Origin: Enoplolaimus lenunculus
Lineage: Eukaryota
Direction: 5' to 3'
Assembly (NCBI GenBank): GCA_030248215.1
Contig: JASANG010000627.1
Location: forward strand, 124,001-188,000
DNA length: 64,000 bases
The notes under the pieces are model-generated. The model saw only the letters and a program-made list of their open reading frames with translations. It was not told the DNA's origin and made no database searches. This document shows, one piece after another, positions 14,701 through 27,010 of this stretch (positions are counted from its first letter, which is position 1; every line of letters begins with the position of its first letter). The position numbers were made by a program, and so were the translations under genes.

Positions 14701-17700
14701 TCAGATAACAGGTTCCAAACTTTCTTTGGATTTCAGCTGAGATTTTTTACGAAACATATCCAAAATACACAATTCAAGATTCTCAAATTGAAAGCAACTT
14801 ATATAAATCGAAACAAAATTTTGAAATACTTTATCAGGGCTTGTGTTCACAATTAAGCAAATTGTTTATAATACGCCATTAGATATGGTAAGTATGTTAT
14901 ATACTTATTGGCTTTCGAACCTTAAGTAGATAAAAAATTAAGGATATAGGGCAATATACAAGCAAAGCTCGTTCACATTTGCAGCTATTTGCTTGATTCA
15001 GAGAGAGCTGGAAATTTAAACTGACAGGCTTATGACTTCAATAATAAGATAAATACTTACTTAAAACTGTTTACAGATTGAAGACAATTTTTTGTCGGTC
15101 AAAATATCAAATACGCTACTTGTATTAAAACATTGTAATATTAAAATTAAATTGGTTATTGCTGGTGACGGGCGTCGGATATTTGTTCATATCCGGTTCA
15201 GACGGGAAACCAGTTGGTAATTGTTTTGAAACAATTTTTCACCGAAAATTTTCTAAGAGGGAAAATTATAAGGTACGGACCTTATGATTTTTTATAAAAA
15301 AACTTTCTGAGGGAAAAATTGTAATGTAGGGGACCTTAATATTTTATAAAAAAATTTCAGACGTCCACTAGTGCCGACTTTATCACTAGACCGCATAGAG
15401 TAGGCTTATATTTTTTGCTTGCGCTCGGGCTTAAACGTAGGACTGTGCTTTGGTTGCTACATTATTAAAGTAATATTGATCCAACTCTTTAGGACCCGCT
15501 CTAGTCTTAATATATCGGAACACAATGACGATTTGGCCCCTCATAACCTCCGCTGATAATTTCAACTGAATTTCACTTTTTTAAGAATTGAATATATACT
15601 TTGACTTTTTGTGATCTTATGGACTACTATGGAACCGAAAATGTACCTATTTCCACCAGATAAGAAATCTATATTTTTCATATATATTACTGTGTGAAAG
15701 CGACGCGCTGAGTTGAATTGCGTCATTTCTTACGTCAGATGACAGGTTTAGCGCAACTAATTTAGTATTGATTTTTAATTTAATTGTGATTAAAAATAAA
15801 AACTGAGACTATTAAAAAGCTTTGATTCCATCAAACGACTGAAGCTGAACCAAAATTAGCAATCTGCTCAAAATTTATATTTCCAATATATGCGAATGCA
15901 ATTAAAACTAGAGACAAATTGAAAAATATAATAAACAACCGTCGAAAACACAACATCGCTCATGTTATTGCAGTTATTAATAGTTGATCGTTCAATTCAA
16001 ACATGAGATATAGTAATTTTTGCACATCAACAGGAAGCGCTACGTTTAAATTATAGAGGATATACGAGTGCATGGATGCGTCCAGTAGCAACCAATGACC
16101 TTGAATGCTGGAATGCAGATATCTCTGCCAGTGTTCTCAACAGGGCCGACTATTAAATAGTCGCCCCCCCCAAGCAGGTCCGAGTGAGGTTTTAATAAAA
16201 TACTTCGTGGTATGCGTAAAAATTTTAAATTTGCCAACATATGGGCACAGGGTTTGGGGGCGTTTCTTTGTGCACTGCTTTTGGGCTCGTAGCCAAGTGG
16301 GAAGGCCATTGGCATCCTAGAAAATTTTCAAACTTGCTTGCAAGTCAACAAAAACCCTTATATACCCCTCCTGAAAATTTTTTGGCCCATCTAGCAAGGT
16401 AAGCTGGCTATGGGCCTGACTGGTTCTCAATTGTATGTAGGTGTAGCATCTAGTATAAGCATATTCCTAAGGCTAAGCGAAAAATTGGTCTGCCACTTTA
16501 AGCTCGCTCTATTGTTGCCAAACGGACCAACGGTACGCCCATCGTATTTGAATTAACCAAGTTCTTGGTAGTTCTTGATCTAAAACCTAGTACTAGGTGG
16601 TAATCGGTGCTACCACCGCTGAAAACACTGGTTAAAAATTAAGACTTCAGGGCTCTTTCACTGTCTTATTAAAATTCAGTACACATTGGCTAGGTTTCCG
16701 AAATCTTAGTCAAGTATTTATACTTAAGATATCCTCTAGTAGTCACACATAAGTCGCAAGTTTGAAGAAATACTTAACTTTTCGAACAAAAATAGAAAAA
16801 TTTCAAATTTCAAATTGTGTATTAAGAAATGGTAAGCCAAAGCGTTGCTTTAAAATGGTAACATGAGTCTATACACCCAACAAGACCGTGGTTAATATGT
16901 CTGAACTAAACTTTGCTCTGACTTAAGTATTTGCTTTAAGTATGCTCTTAAAAACAGTGAATTGAATAATAATCAGAATCACTACGCACATACATAAGTC
17001 TGAAGTAGTACTTGGACGTGGATTCCGTAACCCAGCCAGTATCCAGCAAGCTAACAAAATTTCAAACTTAATCAAACAGTAATCAAAATACCAGGAACAC
17101 CAATAAGTAGCTTCGACTTGTTAAACTCGGTCTAAAAAGTTTCTAAACGTTTAATAATGTTCAAATAAATAATAGATTTAAAACTAAAATTTGACACTAA
17201 ACCACATTTTCAAAACGCCACAGATATCACCAATGAAATTCGAGCAAAATAGTTCAAATCAATAGCCATGAATAAGGCTTTAAAACTGTTTGCCCTTTCG
17301 CTTCGTGCGACCAGCAAAAACATTTCTAGAAAAGGCAAGAAAAATTTTCACTACACAGGTATATTCAGCCAGGGGGCGACGATGACCATACAGAGGGCGG
17401 CGACCGGCCTACGTACCCCCCACCCACTGCTAACTTTCGTTATCAGAGCACTTTTAATGTCCCTGAATGTGCCATAAAATACTTAATCAATGATTTGTTC
17501 AAAAATTTGAAATTTTTGACTGAAACATATTAAATTTAAACTTTCGCCCTAAACCACAGAATGTTCACAGCGTTTCACACTATTTCACAGTGATTCAGGT
17601 TGTGCAACTCTGCAGACAGTGGACGTTTTGCGCTATCGCAAACGGTGTTAATAGTGAAGTTAAACTTTTAAGTATCATTTAAATATAAATTTTGTACAAT

Positions 17701-19323
17701 TTCAAAACAAATAATATGTTAAATAATTTGCAGCCGATCAATTTTGTCGCAGACAGGAAAAATCGATTGCGTTGAAATAAATTTTTTTCCAAGACTCGTA
17801 GCCGTCCCGGCTACTGTGATGCGAATTTTAGCATTAACCTCGATAAATCGTGCATGCACTGAATAGAACAACAATTGTATCGAGACGTTAAATTTTAAAT
17901 AAAAAATAGGACAGTGTCAAAAAATTTAGAAATCAGATAAATTATGCTAAATTTGACATCTACTTTAAACCAGCAATTAATATACCATACGTCCTTAAGC
18001 ATTTTATACAACAAAGAATTCATGCATTATAACCACCTTAGTATGCAGCGTATACATAACTATAAAGACATCAGGCAATTAAAGGTAAACAATACCGGAA
18101 CCGGGGCGAAACCTTCGGTTTTTACTCTAATGAAGTGTCACCAGCCATTAGTGTCAGTTAAAATAGCCAAAATAGATGCAATGAAACTGCTCACTCCATG
18201 CCTAATAAACCCAGGCGTATATTTGAAAAATTATCACACAATAATGCCAGTTTAGATAATTGTTCAAAATTTAAAAATTTCATAAACAGATGAAAATAGT
18301 GTGCAAATTCAGTACAAAAAAATAAAAAAGCACACGGCAAAAGTTCTGTATTGTCGCTCACGAACTGTAACTAAAAAGAAAATTTATTTAAAAATTGTTG
18401 CGGAAAACAATCAATTTACCCGCAACCAGAACTAAAGAAAAAATGATATAGAATAAACGTTTTGAAATAGAAAACAATGTTAATTTGACGTAATTTACTT
18501 AAATAATCATTGCAGCGAAAAATATACGTTTGCACACGCTAATGTTAAAAGAAAACGTTGCTCAAATTAAGTCAACCGATTGAATAGCAATTCTAAGGCC
18601 ATTGTAGCTAGAATTCCATCTAGAAGGGCATAATTTCATAAAAATTGACCAGTAAAATTAAGTACAAGGTTTTTACAAGTGTTTTTCTGTCTCAAAAATA
18701 TTTGCGTGTGTGGCCATACGTCCCTTCTGCTGGTGAAATAAAAATGACAGTGGCTAAGTTTTCAAAAGCCTCAAGTACTTAAGTACAACTTGGAACTTAA
18801 GAACCCAAAACAACCATCCAAAACAAAAAAAAACAAATGCTGCCTAATTAATATGAAGCAAAACTATATTTTCTTGTTATGACAGAGAGAGACGCGTTTA
18901 TTATTCAATATAATAAGCCAGATCCTGAAATAGCTATTCCATCATCAAATTTTTGATTCCAATGTATTACCCACACCACATCTTTTGTATGAATCCTATG
19001 AACAAAACAGAACGCCAGCCCATTCAGCTCATTACATTTCATTAGATAACGAAACCCCTCAACTCCGTAAGTTTGTTGCCACCTTATAGCTGGTATATGC
19101 ACCTTTTTAGGTATATGACAGCTCTGTAGTCTGTGCAGTATGCTCATCATCGTGCGTTATCAAATGTTGATACTTCATTAGTAATTTGATCCTTCTAATG
19201 TCCTTTTTTCAATAAACAAATCATCCATCAACGTTTTTCCAATTGCAGAAGCATTAGTATATGATTATCAATTTTTCCGTTTTTTCCGGCCGATTCAATT
19301 TTTCCGGAAAAACTAACCCTGGT

Positions 19324-19559
19324 TGTAAGCATGCGAGACATGCTTGTCAGTTATGTGTACATGCAATTTATTAAAGCGCACTGTATGTGTATATGTTAGC
19401 CGGCAGCATACGGTCGACATATACTCGACGGTAGGAGCAGTTAGAGAGGTGGGCTACCTGATCAGAAGTCCCGGTTCCTATCTAGACTGACATGGGTGTG
19501 CAATTGCAATACATAGTGGAAAAAGCCTCGCGAGCGAAGTTAGTGAGAATCCAAACACA
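19324..19559 (+). mobile_element. Diverged copy of the same LTR-like repeat lacking the tRNA-like core
   Basis: Starts TGTAAGCATGCGAGACATGCTTGTC, shares GGCAGCATACGGTCGACA and GTCCCGGTTCCTA with 60550-60874, ends ...ACACA. Confidence 0.7.
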
Positions 19560-19950
19560 GTTTTAGTGATAATTACTTGTACAAAACTTTGGTTTGTGTC
19601 GCTCCAACTAAGGATTTGATTCAATTATGAAACTTTAACTACGTTGCTTTATCGCGGAACTGTAACGTGACTGGAATTCCAAATAGAGGTGATACAGTAA
19701 CCACGAAATTGTTAGGTAAAGTAGGAATTTTACCAGTTTATTGTTCTGTTTTTTGGATTACCAAACCCACGCACCTTTTAAATGACACAAAGGACAATAA
19801 TTTGAACACAACCGGGACCGGCTCAGATAAATTCGCGAGCCCAACAGTTGGGTTTAGTCCCGGGTTCGACCCGAAAAGCTTGGACTCAGGCCCGGTCTCA
19901 ACCATGGATCGATATACTCTTGCCTATAAATTAGTCCTGTGACGAAATTC

Positions 19951-20152
19951 GACACATGTAAAGTTCAGGGAGGAACGTTTTTCTGTGAGACTAGAATAGA
20001 GTAAGCTTAAGCTTTAGACTAATTTGTTTGCTTCGCTTAGGCTTAGGCTTAGGTTTAGGAATAAACTCGTTCTTACGCTTAGGCTTAGGCTTTAGGCTTA
20101 CGCTTAGGAATATGCTTATAATACTGTTCCGCCAATGTTCTTTACATTGGCC
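19951..20152. mobile_element. MITE carrying degenerate TTAGGC telomere-like repeats
   Basis: Imperfect TIRs GACACATGTAAAG...CTTTACATTGGCC; perfect 8-bp flanking duplication CGAAATTC (19943-19950 / 20153-20160); TTAGGC units at ~20035-20108. Related pieces at 1-90 (inverted) and ~41735-41867. Confidence 0.75.
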
Positions 20153-20863
20153 CGAAATTCCAATCCCGGTTGAAATATGGCATAATTTATGTTGCGATTC
20201 TAATTCGGTCCGATTGCTACTTTGAACCTTGTTAATCAGGAATCGGATTAAATCATCTCGGATTTTCTCACCGATTAAGGAGGATTTTGAAAAGTAAAAA
20301 GTTTAGAATTCAATTCAACATAAATGAAGTTAGTTTAGGTTTAAGTTTTGTTTGTTTGCGATAGCTACAAGTTGAGCCTACAGTTTCAGAATGGATAAAG
20401 GAGTCATTGCCGCAAAATTTCAGAAATACATATATAAAAACCCTATTGCTGCACCCTTGTTTATTGTATATATAAAAAATTTGTACATAACACAAGCGTG
20501 TTTTGAGGTCTGGTTTGTCTACGCTGCACTTCTGCTTGTTTTGTCCCGGGACAGCCCTATGGTTCTCAGCGTAAGACGGGTCAATATTTTGCTCATTGAA
20601 TGTTTCGTCGTAATTGCAAGATGGGAGTCATCGGCAATATTTTGCATAGATGTTGTGGTACATACAATATTTACAAACAATGCGGTAAACTGTCTTCTGT
20701 TAAGCATATGGAATACTACTGAACTTGTTCTTAGTTTAATGTATATTTCACAACGAGGTCGTTTCTTATTGAATTACTGAGCCTAAAATATTTGGTAATC
20801 CTTTAGAAACGTAACGATATAGGTATACCATAAAACTGTTTGATAATTTTTAAAATTTTGTAT

Positions 20864-20940
20864 ATTGGCCGGCGGACCAGCCGGTCAAAGGTTTCATTGG
20901 CCGCCGGCAGGTCAAAGGTTTCATTGGCCGCCGGCCGACC
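20864..20940. repeat. Short GC-rich tandem repeat (~27-bp unit)
   Basis: GGTCAAAGGTTTCATTGGCCGCCGGC present twice plus a degenerate leading copy. Confidence 0.8.
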
Positions 20941-22934
20941 GCCCAGTAGAAAAAGTGGTAACTGCACAACACTACTGTAGAACAGTGTGTATAAAAGTCA
21001 TTTCTCGCCAGCTACGCTCGCTCGCAAAAAAACTTGGTTATCCTCCCCGCAATGAAATCTTCGCTAGCCTCAGACTGATTAGATCATATACGCTGAATCG
21101 ATACTTTTGTTTTTCGACAAATTCACAAAGATGTGATGATCCCACTTCTAAATGTATCTTTTAAGGTACAAAATTATTTCAACAATACTGTTGTAGGTAT
21201 ATACACTGTAAAATCCAATGAGTTGGTCAATCAACTCAGAGAGAATTACCTATTTCGGGTTGTTTATGAGTTCATAACAGTATATAAATATTAATTCACT
21301 CTGAGCTGATTTCATTCCGGGTGAGTTGATTAATTAATGCAAGCTTATACTTTAAACGGACTTCTACTGATTGGGACTCAAAATGGGGACCCCCCTCTTA
21401 TTCGGGTAACTACAGTAGGTTAACAACTGTATTGTTGCTGAAACTATTTATATACAATGGCATGAATAAAGTAGAACTAATTTCCTACTACATTTTTACA
21501 TATTTTTAGTTTTAGCTTTCTTTTTAATGCATGCATGTATCAAATCTGCGTGCAACCAGTAACATATACACACTTTACTTCCGCTTGGTTAAAATGCTTA
21601 TAAAAAGCGAATTCTAATTCCACAATTTCAACACATTAATTTGCGACTACTATTGCTTTTAAAAAACGGAAATTTTCATTAAACAATTGCTCAAACAGCT
21701 GAAAACTTTCTCAATGGAACACCAGCCACTTGTAATGCAAAACTGCATCCTGCATGAAAAATTCAATCTGCACACTGTGCTATAATATAATAAACTATGC
21801 ACTACGTTAAATGGCCAGTATTCTCTCAATATGTGCGTCGTAAACGTAAAAATAGAAATTCGGAAACGAATATTTTAATGCTGGAACATGAGAGGTTGAG
21901 AAAAAAACGAAACATATATCTACAGACATTATAGACTTTTCTTCATAAGAATCTTTTTTCTACAGCAGCACCAAACTTGGAGCGCAAGAATGATCTGTGT
22001 TGAGTGCAAGGAATATACGCTGAAATATACTTACTACAAGATCCTATATATTAATATTGTACTCGTTGAGGGAAAATTTTCACGAACAAATCTGTTGAAA
22101 AACAGGAGAACTACTATACACACTGTTTTTTGTCCAGGAATATCGCGCAGAAAATATTGTAATTTCCCATATATGGAAAACTCGTATATGCAATATATGC
22201 TTTCGTCATTGGGAATACTGGAAATACAAACGTGAGCTTTACAAGGGGGTATAGAAATAAAAACATCCCTTCACAAAACGGTGACACGTAAAAAGAAGTT
22301 AACAGGTTTCAGGATATTATAAACTTACAGAATCCAAGAGGTCAAAAATGTGCTACATGGTCTTGTATCAACCGGAACTGAAATCTTGGCTAATGTTTTT
22401 AAATTCTGATCGACAGGAATTCAATGTTTACACAAATATAATTTGTTGAAAAACAACTTTTTATATACCAAGGCCTCGCCGAATAAAGGTAGTAATGATA
22501 TCTGAGATTTTCTGTGTTTTCACGATGACTATATACATGTACATTTGCAGACGCAATGTTATCGATATAAACAAAGATCTTAAGGGGTACTTACTTTAAT
22601 AACATAGCTAAACTGCAGCTAAGTTTTTTGACGAATTAATTCTTAAAACATGAAGTTCAACGCCTTGCGATGGGAATAAAATTTTTTATGAACTGCAGTG
22701 TACCTGCGTGTCAAGATACTGTATACCAATTGAAGTAATACAATCCCATCACATGTGCCATGTAGTCTACTTACCTTACAAAAATAAGGTGCTTCATAGA
22801 AAAATTTTAGGTGCTGATATGATATATAGATATATAGAAGGAAAATTCATATACGGAAGTTTTTTCAATTAAAATTGTAACATAGGTACAATGAACTGGT
22901 GCATATACGTTAAGAGTAATAGAATGGTTCAATA

Positions 22935-23363
22935 CTGTAGTGACCCGAATAAGAGTGGGTCTCCATTTTGATCCTAATCAATAAGTGTCTGTATTCCTAA
23001 TAAGAGCCCGTAAGCGGATAGAGTCCCTAAATTCTAATTAGAGTCCATAAATGTCAATTATCCCTAATTGTAGCGCATAAATGACTCGAGGGCCAAATAA
23101 TTTGACTTCGAAACTATAAAGCGTACTTACGTTTTGGAAGTACATTTCTAAATATAACTTTGCATTAATGCTCAAGGTTTTGATACACAACAAATAAACG
23201 TTTAATTCAACGGATAGTTGTAATACCGGATATATATAAGAAATGAAGTGTGGCGGAGTGCGGGTTAAAAATAAATAAACAGTCTATAACCGAATAACAA
23301 GGAGGGTACCCTCTGGAGAGGCCAAATAAATATCAGTCCCCCCTTTTATTCGGGTCACTACAG
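22935..23363. mobile_element. Tc1/mariner-type MITE (TA TSD), copy 2
   Basis: TA|CTGTAGTGACCCGAATAA...TTATTCGGGTCACTACAG|TA. A further inverted terminal fragment at ~21355-21415. Confidence 0.88.
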
Positions 23364-26300
23364 TATGCAGTCCAAATTACCTCAGTTCACAGCAACTTGT
23401 GAAAGCGACTTATTAAATATTCACGACAAGCCCTGCTAGGATTTTTAAAAAACGGTTCTGAAAACATTTCCACGCAAATTTATGTAATGTTTCAAAGTGA
23501 AAATACCCTAACAGTCCCCTAACCCAACCATAAAGTGGGAGTTGACCCGTCCACAATTCCCTGACAGCGCACAACCATTAAATCAAACTAGTTTTAAAAC
23601 CTGTTATTTTTCATTTTTTGCATTGACTGTGGTCAATTCTGTTCAGTGACAATAGCAGGCAATAAACTAACCTAGAACGAACAATAAAACAAGAATGCAT
23701 TTTAGTAAAACATGTAAGTAATTCATTTTAATGTTGTCACTGTTTTCCTTGTGTTGGTGAAAGAGTTAGCTGGCTGGAGGTTGATAAATTTTGTCAGAAC
23801 CAGAGGTGAACCAAAATTAAGTATTGAAAATGACATTTACGTGCAGTATAATCAGTAATGTATTGTCAAACCTCAAACGATAGCTTTTATTTTCTTTTTT
23901 CATATTTTTCGAAAGCAATAGCTTAAAAAATTGCATCAAAGTGACAAACTCACTGAAGAGTGCAATTTAAGCAAATATAGACAAATTTCAAAACCGACAT
24001 TGCGGGAACCGCCGACAAAAATTCTACAGGAGCGTAATATGTGAGGCAGGCTTCCGGTTTCACCCTGGTGACTATTACATATACCTACAATTCCAGTAAG
24101 TAGGCGTAAAAACCAATGCCGGGAAACCCAATTCTAATATCGTTATGACAACCTATGAATTTGAAACTCAAAACTATAAACCATATTTCTATAATTTATT
24201 CTATTTCTGGTTATTTACTTAAATATGATGTGATTTTACAATGTATATCTTTAAATTTTACCTGTTTGAGGGAGATGCAAAAAGAATACTAAAATGAAAC
24301 TGCTTCGGACAGAAATTTAACTAATATAGCTCTATACAAACCGAGCGAAAGTTCTTTAGGATGGAAGTACTAATACTGAAAACTTCACGAACACAACTGA
24401 CTGCCTCCATTTGTTAGACGCCAAAGCCCGTTTATAAACGTAAAAATTAACTTCATAATTTCTAAACGTCAATTTTAATTGTAAATAATTTTGATACGTC
24501 CAGAAGACTTGACTTTGGTCATGGAAAACGAACACGATTATAAACAAAGCCGTTGCCAAGACTTCACTTCGGAAGGGTATAACTTCATGTTTTTTTTGCG
24601 AACGAAAATACTGCCAGAAAATAGTTTAACCTCTACAAACATGCAGATTATCCTAAAGCCTGCACAAGTGCCTTTTGTTTCTCCTCATTCCGTCAAAAAT
24701 TTTCGGTTAATATATCCCTCGATCCCCTTATATATAAAACTGGTCATGTAACCATGAATCAAGTATAAACATTAAACTCATTAATCAAATAAAGTATACA
24801 AAATGCCAACAAAACAAAACGTTTATTTTGATCTACGATATATTGAAGTTTATCAGCGTTGACGATTTTTAATCCAATTTCCTTTAAAAACTACTGTACA
24901 CCAAACCATTAAACTTTCTTATCTTATTTTTGAGAAAATCCATCTTGACCTAGAAACAAAAATATATTATAAAAATTTATTTATAAACGGTGAAAATGAA
25001 ACTTAAACTTCAGAAAGTTTTCAGTTAAATTTAACGAATCTTTGGATATTATATTTTAACAAGCGAAACATTACATGAAGTAAGTAGTGGTGTTGTAGAC
25101 AAATTAGGAAAAATCAAGATCCAGTTAGACTTTTACTAGAAAATGCAAACACTGTCAAAGATTTTCTTGCGGTAAACCCTTTGCTATTTCTGTAATATAA
25201 AAAATTTGCTCTCTACCCGGAGGAGGATGACGCACAGTAGATTCGTTGTTAAAGCCTTCTTGTTGGATTCGCCTTTTCACTTTTAACTATGGACCGAATG
25301 TAATCAGGACTGTTTAAGCAGCATTCTCAAACTGATAATGTTTACGTTCGATCTCTTCCAAGATGCACACACCACGGCAATGTTTCAGTTTCCATTTGCA
25401 GCTGCAAGGTGTACTTAGTATCTATCTTCGTCAAAACGAAATCGTTTGGAACGCACGCGAACTGCATGTTTAATGCCACAGCCCTTATTTGTAACCAAAT
25501 GTTTTAAACCGTAGTAATCAACATGAATAACACACATATTTTACAAGATAGGCTTAATCCAGAAATCACAAGGTCAGATTTTTCACTGTAAACATCACAC
25601 GTGGTTCTATGAAGGTATGTATTGGAATACAGTTTTATCGTTACCTTTCACTGTATGAAACCGAATAGTAGCTGCAGCGTCTTGGATTGAATAATTATGA
25701 TAGTATTCCAAACGTAGAATGGTCCAAAAACGTCGACAGCCTACGCGACGCTTACTTCACGTTCCCGATGCTGGTATGCCTACATTACGTTCACAGATCA
25801 CTGACTGCCATAAAATTATAAGTCGAATCCGCAAATATTTTGTTTATGGAGAACACAGCTAATAATTTTTGCTTGCAGTAGGCTCGATTAATTTCAGTTG
25901 TAGTAACTTATGCACAGGAAAATCTTTAATTTGTACATATCGCTAATGTTACTTTCAGGGCCATGGCAGTAAAAACGAACCGTTAGTACATTCTGCTCGC
26001 TTTTGAAGTTAAAACTACTCAGCCACCTACAAGTGCAGTCTCGAACTGATTTAAGTGCTGTCGCTATCGCCGTTCACTTAATCTGGCCGAGACTGCTTTA
26101 CACCACAAAATATATCAACGCCACATTTTTATACTATGCAAATTAAGAAATTCGCTAAAAACATGCGTATATATTAAAAATAATTTAGCTTATTTTTATA
26201 TGTTCACTTCGAACCATATTATACATTGCTTGTATCCTTCACGTAACTGTTCATACAACCTGCAAGACATCATTCTATACCAGGGTACCCCGCTGGTAAA

Positions 26301-26858
26301 CGCTGGTTGGGCAAAAAATTTCAGCCGCAGACAAAGATTTATATCACGCAGATAAAAATTGACAATTTTTACCCGAGTCAAAACTTTAACAGTTAAGGTG
26401 CAAAACAAACGTTATTAACTAAGCTAGTCAGTGAGCGTTCAAAAGCAAACGTTATGTGCTTTGTTGAGTTGTGCTTCAAAATTAGTTGTTCTAGTAAAAG
26501 GGTTCATGTGTAAAATTCATTGGAGCTATAACGCAAATCTTCATTAAAGTGCAAATCGCCAGTGACCTTTAAAATACTGGAACTTCAGGGGCGGGCAAAA
26601 ATTGGTATCGGGTAGATCGTTTTAGCGTGATTAATCCTGCGGGTAAAGTTCTTTTTTGTGTGGGTAAAGCGTGGGCCGGGTAAAGAAATCATTACCCACA
26701 TCCCACTCTGTTCTATACACAACGACATCAAGACAGTCTGCAAGCATGCGTCAAAAACCGTGACACCAACTTGACAACACAGTCCGCGGTCCGTATACTG
26801 AGCACCAACAGTAAAGCCAACAGCCAACAAATTATCAAACACTAACCAAACAACCGTA

Positions 26859-26864
26859 TTTATT
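26859..26864 (-). promoter_or_regulatory. Probable polyadenylation signal of GTF3C1
   Basis: AATAAA on the minus strand ~150 nt after the TGA, followed by a GU-rich tract (GGTTGTTTGGTTAGTGTTTG). Confidence 0.55.
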
Positions 26865-27010
26865 TGAGACACCAACTCGACTATGAAGTTTGCGATCCAA
26901 CCCTGGTTATATTTTAGCTGGCTTTTCATTTGAAAATCAGACCCAACGCTGGTTAGGTACTGAATACCAATAACAAGGTCAACAGACTTATCCAAAACCG
27001 GCGAAACCAA

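Noticed and set aside
18905..19260. Possible Tc1 transposase relic (WRSVLF, MWCG in one minus frame)
   Set aside because: Motifs too short, many stops, no DDE context or TIRs; cannot be supported without a tBLASTn search.
19811..19900. GGTTCGACCC B-box-like motif suggesting a tRNA
   Set aside because: No cloverleaf or proper A box; it is embedded in CCGG-rich MITE-like sequence.
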